A stretch of 64,000 nt of DNA, taken from contig JBLDXI010000013.1 in the NCBI GenBank assembly GCA_047495785.1, positions 3,906,001-3,970,000 on the forward strand, in the 5' to 3' direction. How positions within the stretch are numbered: position 1 is the stretch's first letter; every line of letters begins with the position of its first letter. The position numbers and the translations under genes are program-made. This DNA comes from Lepidodermella squamata (Eukaryota > Animalia > Gastrotricha). Positions 13,503 to 27,430 of the stretch are shown here, one piece after another. The notes beneath the pieces were generated by a model that ran no database searches, was not told the DNA's origin, and worked only from the letters and a program-made list of their open reading frames with translations.

Positions 13503-16500
13503 TTATAATTTCGACGAAGTGACTGTGTGGAGACCCAGCGAGAGAACAGTCGGCGGCAAACCGTCCGTCAGCAATTGCAGCCTTTCGAGGTAATGACGAC
13601 TGATTTGACTGCCCTCCTCGCTATCTCGATCGACAACCCTCGGCACTTTCGGCAGCTGGGCGAAGACAACACTCGCCGCAGCTGAATTAGACCTCATCAA
13701 CGCGTTCAATTCCGTGATGGCCGATGTCGGAATTCGCAGGAAAGTCGACGCATCGTGTTGGCCTGATGTGCCATCCGCCTTCAAATTCGTACTAGACCGG
13801 GTATTTCGAGTTGAAACAACCTCAACTGAGCCGGCAATTCGAAGCTCGGCCAGTTGCTTCTTCACGCTTTCGATGACCCGGCCCGAGTCGTAAGTTTCTG
13901 CGTCGCTGAACCGAAATCCTTCGACTAGGAAGAAGCGCAGTTGCGATTTGCTTCGCCAGCCGCGCACCATATGTAGCACACAGGCGATTTGAAGCAAGAA
14001 CATCGATGAAGTTCCGCTGATGTCGATGCTGTCCGAATTGAACGGGTCGATTGGCCACACGTCGATGAGCAGTTTCGACTTTCCGCTTCCTTCGTACAGC
14101 GGCAGTTTGTTAAAGGCCGCAAAATTCCTAAAAAAATATAAAATGTATAGAAATCGAAAAACCTTTCGCAAATTGAAAAATAGCTGTTGTAAAATTTGAT
14201 AATTTTAGGCATTCGATAAGCTTGCAAAAAAGGTCTCTTATACAAAAATCTACTTTTGATGGTCTACTCTGGGGATGACTATTATCTGCGACTCCGCAGG
14301 CTTTCGAATTACTGGAAAATGTACAATTTTTGCGAAACAACAAATCCACTACTCTAACAACAGGGAAATACACGCTCAGCCCGATAATAGTACCTGTCTT
14401 TTTCAGTAAATCGAGCTAATGTGTAACTTACCGGCAAATTACAAGATTTTTGTTCATTTTCACAACATCGCACAGCATCGAAACGTATTCGAAATGGCTA
14501 ACGCGGTGATTTCTCTCACGAAGAGGCGGCAGCGAAGAAAGCGCCGAATCAAGCTCAGTCGTTTGCTGGTTTGCGTGGTTATTCCTCGAAAATGGCGACC
14601 CTAAAAACCGTAAGAAAAACACATTAAATCCATCGAATTTCCACCTCCAACCCATAAAATCGTCCCACAATTCTTAAAGCGCATCCATTTAGAAGGAATA
14701 AAGAACCCCAACCTGTCACTCTTTCTGGCAATGGCATAAAGGACGGGGCAGCTACCAAAAGCAACGAAAAAATAGCAAGTTTGAAAAAAAATCGGGAAAA
14801 TAATAGAGATAAATCTCACCTCGAGCGGTCAAAAACTTGGGTAGAAAAGTGCGCGGCGGGCTTGATTGCGGGACAATTTGAGCCGGAGCATCATCGTCGT
14901 AGAAGCCGAAAACCACAGTGTTAGGTTTCATTCCGCCGAGGCCGGAAATTCGAACCAAATGCCGGAGACCTTCGCGAACAGTCGATGCCATGGTGATTTC
15001 GATGAAAGCTTTCACGTTCATGCATTTTACAACGCTGCTCCAATCTGAGAAAAAAGTTGTTAAAAAAACCTCCTTAAAATTGAGAATTTTGAAAAGCTTA
15101 CGATGCTGTTGCTTCGAAATCGGATCGAGGTCATGCTTGTCCCAATCGTCGATCATCACGTGACCCAACACGTATAGACCAGATTTTTTCAAATCATTCA
15201 CGAAATCGATGAGTTTACACGCCGATCGCGGATTAGCTACCATTAGCAAAATTTGAGGTCTCCAAAACTAAAAATTCAAATATTTCTCAATGTATTAGAA
15301 ATTTCATGAATAAATTACCTTGACATGGTCACGCCTCGGGTCCAGCATGAGCAGATATTTTCGGACCTGGTGGAAAATGATAGCCTGGCTAATCGAGCCC
15401 CAATGGTCGGAGAAATTGCGAAATTGCAGTAGAATAAGTAAGGCTAGAAAGATGACGATGGCAATCGCGGCGTAGAGTGGATTGACAACGAAACACATAA
15501 CTAGACAGCCTACGAGACCCAGTGTACACGTGTGCCAGCTAAAATAGCGGAAAGTCGGGCGGAAATTCGGCGCTGAGGCTACTTCCAACGCGAGACAAGC
15601 CAAATTTGTTCCTACAAATTCACAAAAAAATCATTTCAAATTCTCAACTAAAATCTCAAAAATTCCCAAATTAATGAAATATTTAAAACTAAGCTGAAAT
15701 AAACCTAAAAAATATAGAAAATTAAGGCTAAATTTACCTGTATACATGAGAAGGTAGCAGACAGTTACCAGTCTCGCAATTTGATTCAGCGTATTGATAA
15801 TCGCAACAGCTTGAACCAAAACGTAAGAAACAACCACGGCTACCCACGGATTTCCCTTGTAACGAATCCGGCCGAAGCGAAGTAACCCCCAGAAAATTTC
15901 ATCATCAGCCAGCGCTTCAAGGTACCGACTCGCGCCGATCAAATTGCCAGCCGCAGCAGAAAAAGTCGCGAAAAACGACCCGACAATAACGAACCAAGGC
16001 ACGACGTTGACGTATTGCATGAAATGGAAATTACTGATCAACAAGTCGCGAGACGAAGTCCAGGATGTCAGAAATACGATGATTGTGTAGGTCACAAATG
16101 TGAAGAGAATTGCGTACAGCGTTCCACGGGGAATGGCATAGCCCGGTTTCTTCAACTCACCGGACATGTTCGCGCCATTCATAATACCAGTAACACTGGA
16201 GAACAAAACGGCGAAAACCACGCCGAAATTTGCTGCACCAGCATCAGGTTGCGTGTAATCAACGCTCCAATTCGGAAGGAGGTTGTTCGAAAAAGTCTCC
16301 GTGCTATATCCGGTGTAATTCGAGCAATTACCCGGGTAGTGCGCGATAGTATTGTCTCGCGGGGTTGCGATGCATTCTTCCTTCTTGATAAATGTGCTGA
16401 CTATGACAGAAATCGCACAGACTGTCACAACCAGAAGGGTTACGGACGACACCCTCGAAAACACCGCCCCGCCCAGAATGCAAATGATGAAAATGAAAAA

Positions 16501-17217
16501 CAGGAAAATCGACGAGTATAAATATTGCCACCATTGCGAAATTCCAGGTAGAAACGGTGCAAGACCTAGTATTTGAAAATATTAAGTAGGACATTTTTAA
16601 CAAAGTTTGTCGACTAACCACCAGGGCCGAACGTATCTACAACCAACTCGACAGTACCGGAAATGTATAACGCACAAGAAAAGATATTAGCCCAAAAAAA
16701 GAGCATCCCCAGTGCTCCGCCGAATTCGGGACCGAGCGCGCGGCTTATCATATCTATTAAATAGATAAGTAGGTAAAAAAACGTTATCTTCAGCCGGTCA
16801 AAACTCACAATACGCTCCGCCACCAGCGATAGCACCGTTAGTTGAAATGGCACAAATTGACAGAGTAGTCAGTACAAGCAATAAGTAGGCAAGAACTAGT
16901 TGGACGAGAGTTAACAGAAGCCCCGATTCCCCGACCAAATAACCTGAATAACAAATCGATATAATTGATTCAAACTTTGAACGAGTTTTTCACGTACCAA
17001 TGCGAAGAAATAGACATGCGCTGAACATAGATAGAGCAACAGGGCAAAACACGCCGAATAAAGTATTCAAATTGCGTCGAGCATCGAGAGGGTCAATATT
17101 AGATCGGTTTCCGCTTTCAGAGGATGAATCCGAGGTAATCAGAGGTGTGTCCATTGGCTGACTAACGCTGACGACGCTATCCGTCGAGGCGTTGATGAGG
17201 CCGCTGGAATTCGCCAT
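13503..17217 (-). CDS. SLC12A9: Cation-chloride cotransporter family member 9 (multi-exon)
   Basis: [94 protein letters not shown]...VTSSKL. Confidence 0.93.
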
Positions 17218-18986
17218 TGTCTGAAGAGTAACGGCGCCCGGCGAATGAACAGTGGCCAGATTTAACCAACTATTTGATGAAAAACTAAATTGAACGATTG
17301 TAATATTTTGCAAGCCATGCGTTTAGTATCATAAAAAGCAGTTTAAAGAAGGCACCAAGTGAGAATGTTGTTAGTAAGAGTATCAGAGGGCGTCTATAAA
17401 AGTTGGCAAGCAGCAGGCATTACAGCATATGGTTCAAATCGAGCATCCAGACGAAATTCATTCTCAGAAACTCAAAGTAAGCTTCTAGCTAAGAAGTTAC
17501 AACATACATACTCCATGAGTACGGGGCAATCGTGGCGATTGGTTCGAATAAACCGTAAATTAATTCTCAAGATCCCATTTAGAGCGGATCAAGGTGAGAA
17601 TAAAAAAAACGACCGTGTTTGTCGAGAACCAAATAAGACAAATATAGAATATAGAGTATAGCCGCTGAAGAAAAATCTTAGCGTGGTTGGCGGTAACATT
17701 CATTCACTTGCTGATAAATATAAATTCAAATTGGATAACATTGGATAAAATAGGTAACCGATAGGTAGCTAGCTAATGCGCTTGCAACTTTCCATTTTGA
17801 AGGGGAGGATGAAATTCCCAGTTAGCCGAACGTAAAACAATCAACATTATTATTTAGTCTCCTTCCTTCTAGTTGGCTCAAAGTTATGGTAAATGGCAGA
17901 GCTGGAGGAATCGCTCTACCGGCGGTTAAGAGTTGGACCAAAATGTGCATTAACTCACCAATTTTGCTCTACCAATTCAAATTCTATTGCTAATATGAAC
18001 TGCTTAATAGTTATGACGCTATCGAATAAATGCCTTTCTTCCAAAGATAACTGACGTGCATAAAGGTCATCTGTTACCGACGCTTAGCTTATTTGAAATA
18101 ATTACAAACATGCTGGCTGGAAAACATAAACGATATTTAACTGATGACTCTATAGTTTGCATCGAAACATCACCCGGAAAAGATCAGCAAAGCGTAAAAA
18201 AGCCAGGCCGTACGCTGTAGACTGTAGACTTGATTTGGGATTTGGGTTGTATTTGCAACGTTAATACCGAAAATTTATATCGCATTTCACATTATTGAGT
18301 CAAAAACTTGAGAATTCCATGATGTTCTTTAACTAGTTTCCTACTTCCTTTTTCTGAAAACGATCAATTCAAACTTGAGACTTGGGTTTTCATGTTACAA
18401 ACAATACACCCTGCGATATGCGCTTAGAAGAGGAAGAAATCTCAGGAATCGATTCTGCGAGAGGCCGTGATTCGATAAAAGATCGAATAACTCTAAGAAG
18501 GATGAAATAAGATGAGCTACAAACAGCAACCTAAAACAGCAACATTAATGTTCTACACTCAAGAATCAAGGTCTCAAGCCTAAACCTGAAACCTGCTAGG
18601 AACCAAAGAACCAACAAACAACTTCGCTTTTCAAAAAAGAAAACAACAAAAAAAACAGAAAGACTAAGAAAAGTGCAGGACAAACATTTGAAGATTCTAG
18701 TGAAAAATCAACTTTGAAGACAATTTGAGGACGTGGCCATATTTTCTTTGTTAATAACTGTGAAAAACAAAAAGTTCAACTTTTTTCATCGCCGGTTTTC
18801 TTCGATTTGCGGCCGGCATCCTCACATCATTTTAGCTTCAACAAGTCGCCTCGAGGACCCTCAACCCCCAACCCTCAACAACCTCCCAACCTCCAGGCCT
18901 ATGCCATACCTTTCCAGCCATGCAACAATGCTCAGTTAATGAAAAAATTTCTGTTGTTTTAGGCGCGTTTCTAATCGAGTCAGAAC

Positions 18987-19712
18987 ATGGCAACTCCTTC
19001 GATTCTATCAGAAGTCGTGCGACTCGGAACGCTCCAAAGAATGGGTGTCGCTGCTGGTAGTGCGGTCTTTGTTTTTTTCGACCCTTATCGCGATGATTTG
19101 GTTGCATCCTTGCTGGAAGTTGTTGGCTTGGATGGTTTGAAAAGGCTACGCCGTCGTGTTCTTTCTGTGCCAGAAGGGCGTCAAGTGCTTACTGAACAGC
19201 CGTTAATTTCAACTAAAACGATCTCCCTTCCTTACCTCCGAAACCTCCCAGCAAATACTTTTGGATCCAAGTATGTTGCGTGGCTTGACGCTAACCGTGT
19301 TACGCCCGATACGAGGAGACCTGTTCGTTTCATTGACGATCCTGAATTGGCCTACGTTGTTCTGCGCGTCCGCCAAACTCACGACTTTTATCACGTATTG
19401 CTTAATATGCCCACAGCTGTATCCGGCGAACTTGCTGTCAAAATTGTCGAAGCTGGTCAGTTACGTTTGCCAATGCCGTTCCTTGCCGGTGTGTTCGGGC
19501 CGCTAAGTATCATAGGAAAATCTGTCGAAAGGGACAAGTTTCTCAGCTTGTATTTACCCATTGCTCTGCAAAACATTTCGCCTAATCACAATGCGCGATT
19601 GATGTTGACTGCTTATTTTGAAAAGAGATTCGAGCAAGACATCGATGAACTCCGTAGAGAATTTAACATTATACCTTATGTTGATAAATCATCCAGTCAG
19701 GCCTCAGCTTAG
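18987..19712 (+). CDS. COQ4: Ubiquinone biosynthesis protein COQ4, intronless
   Basis: DPYRDDLVASLLE, VTPDTRRPVRFIDDPELAYV and the HDxxH...E motif (THDFYH...GE). Confidence 0.96.
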   Translation: MATPSILSEVVRLGTLQRMGVAAGSAVFVFFDPYRDDLVASLLEVVGLDGLKRLRRRVLSVPEGRQVLTEQPLISTKTISLPYLRNLPANTFGSKYVAWLDANRVTPDTRRPVRFIDDPELAYVVLRVRQTHDFYHVLLNMPTAVSGELAVKIVEAGQLRLPMPFLAGVFGPLSIIGKSVERDKFLSLYLPIALQNISPNHNARLMLTAYFEKRFEQDIDELRREFNIIPYVDKSSSQASA

Positions 19713-19786
19713 TTCAACTATTTTTCCAATGAGTAAACTTGTGCCCGATGATTCATGTCTGATCTTTATTTTTAGTTTAGAGTGTT

Positions 19787-21377
19787 ATGAAACAGGAGGT
19801 GCTACCGATGTTTCATGCTCGTCGATCCAACTTCTCAGTGGTGCAGTGGGTCTTTGCTGCCCTACTCATCGTCGTGCTAGTCTACGGCTTTTACACCGTT
19901 TATGACCTACGCCGCACTAATGAGCAGCAGCGTGAACTCATCGACAAGCTGACTCATGACGAGCAAACGCTGCGGGAGCAAATGAAAGGAATTGCAGAGG
20001 AGAAGAACAAAATGGCTAAGCTCATCGATAACGAGGGAAGTAGGCATAACAACCTAGTAGCAAGTGAGTTGAATTATTTTTTTTGGCATAGTTACTTTTC
20101 TTAATCCATCATTTATGTAGCCTTGAAAGAGGAGAAAACTGCTGTAGAGAAAAACTGTGCCAAAGACAAGCATGATCTCGAGGGGACAATCAAGGGTTTG
20201 ACCGAGAAGCATACCGAATGTAAAGGCAATCTAGCGGTCGCCCAGCGTGATAAAGATAAAATTGAGAAAGACTATAAAGATCTCAACGATAAGCTCGCTG
20301 CTGCTAACAAAAATCTCGAAGCTGCCAATGAGAAGCGGGCAGAAGAAAGCACCGCTTGTGCAGGTTTGAGTTATTCTTATTTACTTTGACCTTTTTCAAT
20401 TTTCTCATTTCTTCAGCCAAGGTTCGTGACTTGGAGGCTAAACTGGCCTCGAATAAACAGCAAGCTCCCGCTGAGACAGTCGCTGCTACTCAACAAAGTA
20501 GGTTTAATAATCTCGATTAACGTTGATAATTCAATTTTTCAAAACCAAAGCAACTATTAGATCTAGATCGCTATTAAACAAGCGTATGTTGCGATAGATT
20601 AAACGTTGTTGAAGCTTTCCGCTTGTTATTTTATTATAATCTGAAGTAATTTTATTGTTCATCGGACTTTACTCAATTTTGAAATAACGGAGTCCATGTT
20701 ACTTTTTCAGATGTTAACAAGCCAGTTCAAGTTGAAACTGCTGCTGCTGCTCAAACTCAGGCGAAAGAAACCGATACACCTGCTCATGAAATTAAGGAAG
20801 CTATTGTACCGCAAGTCGCAGCGCCGAAAAATCGCCCTCTTCCGGGTGAAGAAACTGAGCTGAAGAAAGATAACGCGTCGATGCAAGTAGAGCCGCCTCG
20901 GCCTCAGGGACAAGGTCAGGTTGCCGAGAAGCCAGACGGTGATGATATGCAGGTCGAGCCGCCGAAAATGAACGCCGGCCATGAAGCGCAGAAACCTCTA
21001 GTCGGCCATTTCAGAGGTTAGTACACAATTTTCATGCGCGTTTTATTACAAAATTTTATTACGAACTGCAAAGAACCCCGCCGCCGTAGAGGAAAACATG
21101 TTTTTCTCAAGCAGTAGGTTTAAAACTGAGCGGACATTTTATTCCTTTCGTTTTGGTTCCTGGTTAATTGATAAGAGGTGCATCAATAAATTACGAAAAT
21201 CACGATTGAATTAATTGTTTGCGGTTATATGGTGATTTATTTTTTACTCACCCCCTAATTTTTGCTAATTTCTGATTTTCCCAAAAATCCTTGTTATAAT
21301 TTCGTCCAATATTATTTTCCCCTTTTTTAATTTTAGACGCTGAGGATCAAGACAACAATGCCCGGGAAGAGTCTTAA
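19787..21377 (+). CDS. Type II Golgi membrane coiled-coil protein, GOLIM4/GPP130-like (5 exons)
   Basis: Short basic N-tail, one TM segment (WVFAALLIVVLVYGFY), long coiled coil, acidic/Pro-rich tail. GT-AG introns join in frame to TAA at 21375-21377. Confidence 0.65.
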
Positions 21378-22070
21378 AACCGAAAAGTGCAATTGCTAAT
21401 CAAGAAATCGGTAATATAAGTATTCTTCCTTCGCCTGATAATAAAAGAATGCTCCACTGCTGCTGATGATGATGATAGCAAGAAAATTGCGCGGGCGTCC
21501 TGGAGAAATTTTGTGTAAAATTGCATATTATTGTATAAATCGTTGAAAATATTCATCATTGTTGGGTGTTTGGGCCTGTATTTGTGAAAACGGGCCGTGC
21601 CTTTTTTGTTTATTATGCTAGTTCGACACGGGAAGTAAACTTTCCAGCCACAGATCTTGTTTAGCGCATTCCGCCGCATATTTATGTCATTTTTCGGGGT
21701 GATATCGTAATAATTAATTGATACAACACGATTTTTGTTTGTAAAAACCAACCGCATCCTTCTCACACCTGGCGCTTCTACGGACCACAGATTGAAAGCC
21801 CGTTGTTGTAAAAAAGAAAGTAATAACCTGAGAAATATAACAATGAATTGATTTCTTTCAATTTATTAGAAAGCTTGTAAAGCAATTTCGTTGTGACTTG
21901 CATGTTATTATTATACCCAATTCGCCTTTTCCCGACACAATATTTTGGTTTTTAATTCGCTCGACTTGTGTGTAATATGAGGCTGTTTCTATGAAATGAA
22001 AAAATATGGAATTGAAGGAAATTAAAAAATGGAACTTACTACAATTTTTATTATTGTTTAGGGTTTTAAT

Positions 22071-25000
22071 ATGAAATTGTTGATTTTTGCGATTTTTCTT
22101 GCCATTTTTGAATGTCAAGCTTACGATTTGCGGTATCTGCAATTACCCGCTCGCCAAATTCGTCGATTATTCGGATCGAATGAGACGCTGCGAAAAATTT
22201 GTTTGGATCAAGGCTCGAGTGAAGAAAACGGTTGTCCTTACTACTCCTTAGCAGAATCCCCGCGATGCTGGGGTTTCGAGAAATCTTGCCCTAAGGAGGA
22301 ACTCGAAAAAGGGAAACGGCGAATTAAATGCTCAAATCCCAAGGATGTCAACACATTTTGGAATCAAGCTGATTTCGGCTATATCAACGGATTTCAGTCG
22401 AATCTAGTCGAATATTGCAAACCGCATGATGCAACAAAGCCTGGCCAGTCGAATCTCATATGCAGTGACCATCTTCAAGTTTGCACGGGCAAAAATATAG
22501 CGATTGATTTTCGAAAAATCCCGTCTCTAACTACAAGTCGCGAGATGTACCGCGGCAACATTATAACTGGAAAGGGCGTAATTCAGGGTAATTGTAAAAT
22601 GGATTGGCCGGCGTTTGAGAAGCAAGCCGATCGGCGGAGTTTCTTATCATCGTGGGCTGAGGAGTTGATTCAATTCACCGAGTCTGAGAATGGCGAGCCG
22701 GTATTCGACGAGGCGAATCCGCGGCCTGATTGCGATCTAGTCATCGATAGGCCGGCGTTTATTGTTAAGCTGGATGCGGGTGTTAACATGTTTCACCACT
22801 ACTGTGATTTCATCAACATTTTTGCGACTCAACTCATGCTTGGGCATTTTGATAAAGATATTCAAATTGTCAACTGGCACACCTCGGCTGATACCTATTA
22901 TGAGTAAGTTCAATTTTCACTTACAAAGCGTGTCCATAAGTTTTGGATTTTTTTGAGTTCGCAATATTTGCCAAATATTTAACCCAAGAAAAGTATTTTT
23001 TATTAATTTTCCGCGATTTCACCAAGGAAATTTGAAGCTTACCTGAGGAATTTCGGAAAAAAACTCGATAGTAACTGGTTTGATAATTATCGGTATTTCA
23101 CCCGGTTGTACCCGATTACATCGATTTTTGAAAATTCGCCGAAGGGATGATTTGGTTCAGCGTTGCAAAACAAATTAGGCGTCAAAATTTTGCTATTTTC
23201 ATGCCAAGTTATCCTCGAATATCGTGAGAATTTACCAGAGTCTTCGGAAGAAGCTTTCACGATTTCCATGATTTTAGTGTTGAAACTTTATAAGAGAAAT
23301 TAGCGTCTAATAATGTTCCTTTTCATTGTAGTCCATTTTTCATGACGTGGACGGCTTTTACTTGGCATCAACCGATTCAAATAAGCGAACTGGCCCATAA
23401 GCGAGTCTGTTTTCGGAAGGCCTACTTCCCCCTCCTACCCCGCCTCTACTTCGGCCTCTACTACAACATGCCTCTAGTCAAAAACTGCGAACGCTCTTCG
23501 CTGTTCAAAGCTTTCCACGACTTGCTGATTCATCGGTTCAACACAACGCAACACGGCCCGTTGGCTGGCACGGTTCGCGTGACGCTGCTGCAGAGGAAAA
23601 CGGCTCATCGGCGCATTTTGAACGCGCAAGAACTAGTCAAAGCGGCGAGGAAACTGCCGGGAGTTTTGATACGTGAAATCACGTACGACACTACGATGCC
23701 TTTCTTAACTCAAGTCAATCACACTTACAACACGGATGTTTTCATTGGAATTCACGGCGCTGGTCTAACGCATAGCTTCTTCCTACCAGGTTTGAAATTT
23801 GAACTATTGACTATTCTAAAGATGGGAAGAAATTTGTGCGGATCTACGCCATATTAGTAGAGAAATTTCTGAACGCGAAATTTCAGAAAATTTGGAATTT
23901 TTTTATTTATGCGGCATTTTAGTATTGCATTACTCTAAAAACTCCAATTTTATTGAATATCTTCGCTTGCGTATATTTCTAGTAATACCAAGCGTCATCT
24001 CCAAAGCCAAGCATTACAAAAGTTTCATCAGAGTTATCAATAATTAGATTGTCAACAAGATGACGCATGACAGGGGACCAGATTTCCAGACTTTCAATTC
24101 AGAGCCGTTATATCAAATACCACTACCATATCAGAAAAATTGCTTTGACACCTAGTGGCTAGCTTTCCAAAACACGCTGACTTATGAACAAGGCCTAAAC
24201 TGTAACTTGGATCAGGCACCAGGTACCAGGTACCAATTGCTGTCGTAACGCTTTTACCCGAGCCCCGCGATCATTTCGATGTCTCCAGAAAATCAATGTC
24301 CCCAGTTGTCACGTTTGCAATAATAAATCTATAAGATTGCTTTTTTTAGCATCGATTCATTGCAGTAGACCCTCTGCAATAGCAAAACCCAGGGGTAAAC
24401 CGAGTCCTGCATGGCTGTCTATATCTCAAGCATCTCTCAATTAAAATGTACCACCTCTAAGCAATATTCACGGGGAAAACATAAATAAAAGAGGGCCGCC
24501 TGTTTGACATTGCCCACGGGCCTCCCGACAGTTAATAAGGCCCTGGTTAGGATGAAATTTTTGTGAGAAATTTTAACCACATGAGAAAAAAATTGGGCGA
24601 AATTCGTCAAAAATTTGCAAGGAAAAGAGAAAGGTCAAGAGCTGAGATATACCTTGAAATAGTGTAGTGAGTACTCATGTTTTCATATACGCTGAATTCG
24701 AGCGGCCAGTTTTCCAACATCCAAGAACATCAATACAAGCCTAGACCGACATTCCAAGGGACGGCGTCAAATTGTTTATCGGCTGGCTTAGTTGGCGGTA
24801 TTAGGATGAGCCGCCTTCGAAGCTGTGACATGGCAAGAAGAGTGTAGCTGTTCTTCAAAATTTTGTCCTCATAGCTGAAATCGTCGACTTGAGAATTCGC
24901 TGTCAATGATAGGCCTCATATCGTTGACCATTTCGGCGACGTTGGGCGCTGCATCGTTGGCTTGAGTAGCGCGAGCGACAGCTCCTGGGGTAGCGCGATT

Positions 25001-26400
25001 GTATTTCAGAAGTCGGCATAGAACGAGCAGCTTCTCTGGGTCAGCTACTGGTTCATTGCAAATTTGATTTGGCAGTTGAATGAAGCAACAAATTTCCACC
25101 GGCCGCAGTTGATCGCCAGTCAATGCTTCGATTGAAAACGAACGAGGCAGCTTTCGAGTTGTGCCATCGTGAAGCCAACAACCATCGTATCGCTGATGAC
25201 GATAACGAACGGCACGATGTGTATATTTTGCATTTGTCAACAGTGACGGGCAACCAAGCCCGAAGAACCGTTTGGTACGCGGCTGTTAGTCTAATGACGC
25301 GGTTAGACCCAGTAGTTGCGTCGTCGTCGCCAACTATGCGCGGAGTCATCAGCTGATGATAGTGGTGATTTTTCAACATCTGGCCACGCGTACCTAAACC
25401 CTAAACATATAATAAATAATAATTAAGGCTAACATGAATTTTAGAATTTAGAATTAACAAACGAAACATCGCAACACTAAATCGAATTAATTACGATAAA
25501 ATTCTGCGTAATTTTCTGAATATGGGCTCATCATAACTTTAAGATCCCGGCTTATTAATTTTGGAAAATTTTCAAAAAACGACTTTTTTGCGCAAATTGA
25601 GGTCTGAGATACATAAAGGAGTTTTCATGACTTATGTTCCTCAATTTTTGGTGTGAAAAGCTAGAATAGCTGACCAGCATGTTAGTCCATTGGTTGAAAA
25701 TCAGAGGCTAAGCCTGAGCGCCTGCTGGGATTAGCTCAAAGCGCAAACAAGATTAAAGCCAAGAAATATAGGTTAATTAAAAAAAGTATGCAAAGATCTC
25801 ATCGCCAGCTGAATCATCAACAAATGCAACAAAATTAGGATCCGGAAATGTCGAACATGGGTTCGTCACGGAAGAATTCTAGTTCAGATAATCGCTACCA
25901 TGCCGCCTAGATTTATTCACATTTTTAATGCGTTCGATGTTCGTGTCAACGAGTGACATAAAAATCGAAAAACCGTGGTTTGCGGGATTTTTTTTAATAT
26001 CTGACAAGTCATATATTTTCATTGAATGGAGCTTGGAATTTTGCGAGGAGACTCGACATTTCAAAAAAATTTATTCAAATTTATTGTTGTTTCATTAGAC
26101 TGGGCAGTATTATTTGAGCTGTACAACTGCGACGACGACGATTGTTACATGAATCTGGCGAAGATGCGCGGCGTGCACTACATGACGTGGGAGAAGAAAG
26201 AACTCGTGAAGGCGTCTGGCGATGCGAAACACCCGATAACCGGCTCGGACCACGCGAAATTCACCGACTACACGTTCAACGTGGACGAATTTGTGCGGCT
26301 TGTCAAACAAGCGGCAGCGTACGTTCGCGAACATCCCGCGTATTTGAATGAGTTGCGGACGCAGAAGAAGCACAAAACTGAATTGCATGACGAGTTGTGA
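22071..26400 (+). CDS. EOGT: EGF domain-specific O-GlcNAc transferase (exons 22071-~22902, ~23332-23789, 26099-26400)
   Basis: Signal peptide, CWGFEKSC, FWNQADFGY, KLDAGVNMFHHYCDF, FIGIHGAGLTH, LP|DWAVLFELYNC and a C-terminal HDEL. Confidence 0.96.
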
Positions 26401-27325
26401 GAACTTGAACGATGATCATACATTCTCTGTCTCATTTTTTTAATTTATGCAATAATCTATGCGTATACCTATCGAACGAGTAGCAACATCGAACAGTCTG
26501 CTGAATTTTGAATTTCTAGCCAAATTTGCTGACACTGCTTGTGTTATTCTTTCATCTCATGCCAAGTTTCGGATGCCCTGCTGAATTTTTTTGAAGAATT
26601 TTTTTCTGTGGTTGTGACTTGCGTTCTTCATTCATTTCTACAACGTGTGCTACGAAGTTTTGTTGTTCAGTTCAGGAGGCTGAGTTTATTCTATCAAAAT
26701 AAAATGAAAAATGTTGCAGCGAAAATGCATTTTTTATGAAGATAAAAGAGCGTAAAAATGAAAATCTTCAATGGGTTTTAGCGAATTTTGTTGCTGATCT
26801 GTAAAATTCAGAATTGAGACATCGAGCTGTCACGAAACCCTAAGCTGATATCTCTTCAGTTAAACTTTTCAGGGTTTCAAAATACTCAGGATACAAAGCC
26901 TGAGGTAACCAATCATGCAATCTATTCCTTTTCAGGCAGTGGGACCAAACCTGCGATCAAACCAAAGAGGTGGTAACAGGTCGGGTTGACCGGTTGCTAG
27001 TTAGGTATGGGTCGACTTGTTTCCCACCGGTTGACCGGTTAACTGGGCTCATCCTCATGAAAGAAAAACATTTGCGAATTGAACGCGCCGCTGTAGGACT
27101 CCCGAGAAAAATTCTGAGTGGCACGCGTAGAAAGGAAGCTTTTATCAACAATCAGTGGCCTGCGCTAATCGATTATTGGATGTTTGGTGAAAGACATTTG
27201 TGGCTGAAAGACATTCTGAATTATAAAGAGAGCCTTTGCGTGATTAGAATGAAAAAGATTTTATTTTGATCGCGTTAACTAATTGCTTGATTCATGCTGC
27301 TTTTCTGTGGGAAACGTGCTCTGAA

Positions 27326-27430
27326 AACCGGTAAAAAAACCCGGTAAAATACGGGTAAACCGGCGTCGGTTCACCGGCTTAGGTTGCCGGTGGGTGACTT
27401 GAGAGCCGGTTGGGTCACTGGTCGGGCTGG
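27326..27430. repeat. ACCGG/CCGGT-rich degenerate repeat
   Basis: Clustered ACCGGTAAAA / CCCGGTAAAA / CGGGTAAACCGG units, with similar GTTGACCGGTT units at 26985-27040. Confidence 0.5.

Noticed and set aside
18141-18170. Hammerhead-like CTGATGA...GAAA (also CTGATGA at ~58366)
   Set aside because: Stem II cannot form, or GAAA is absent.
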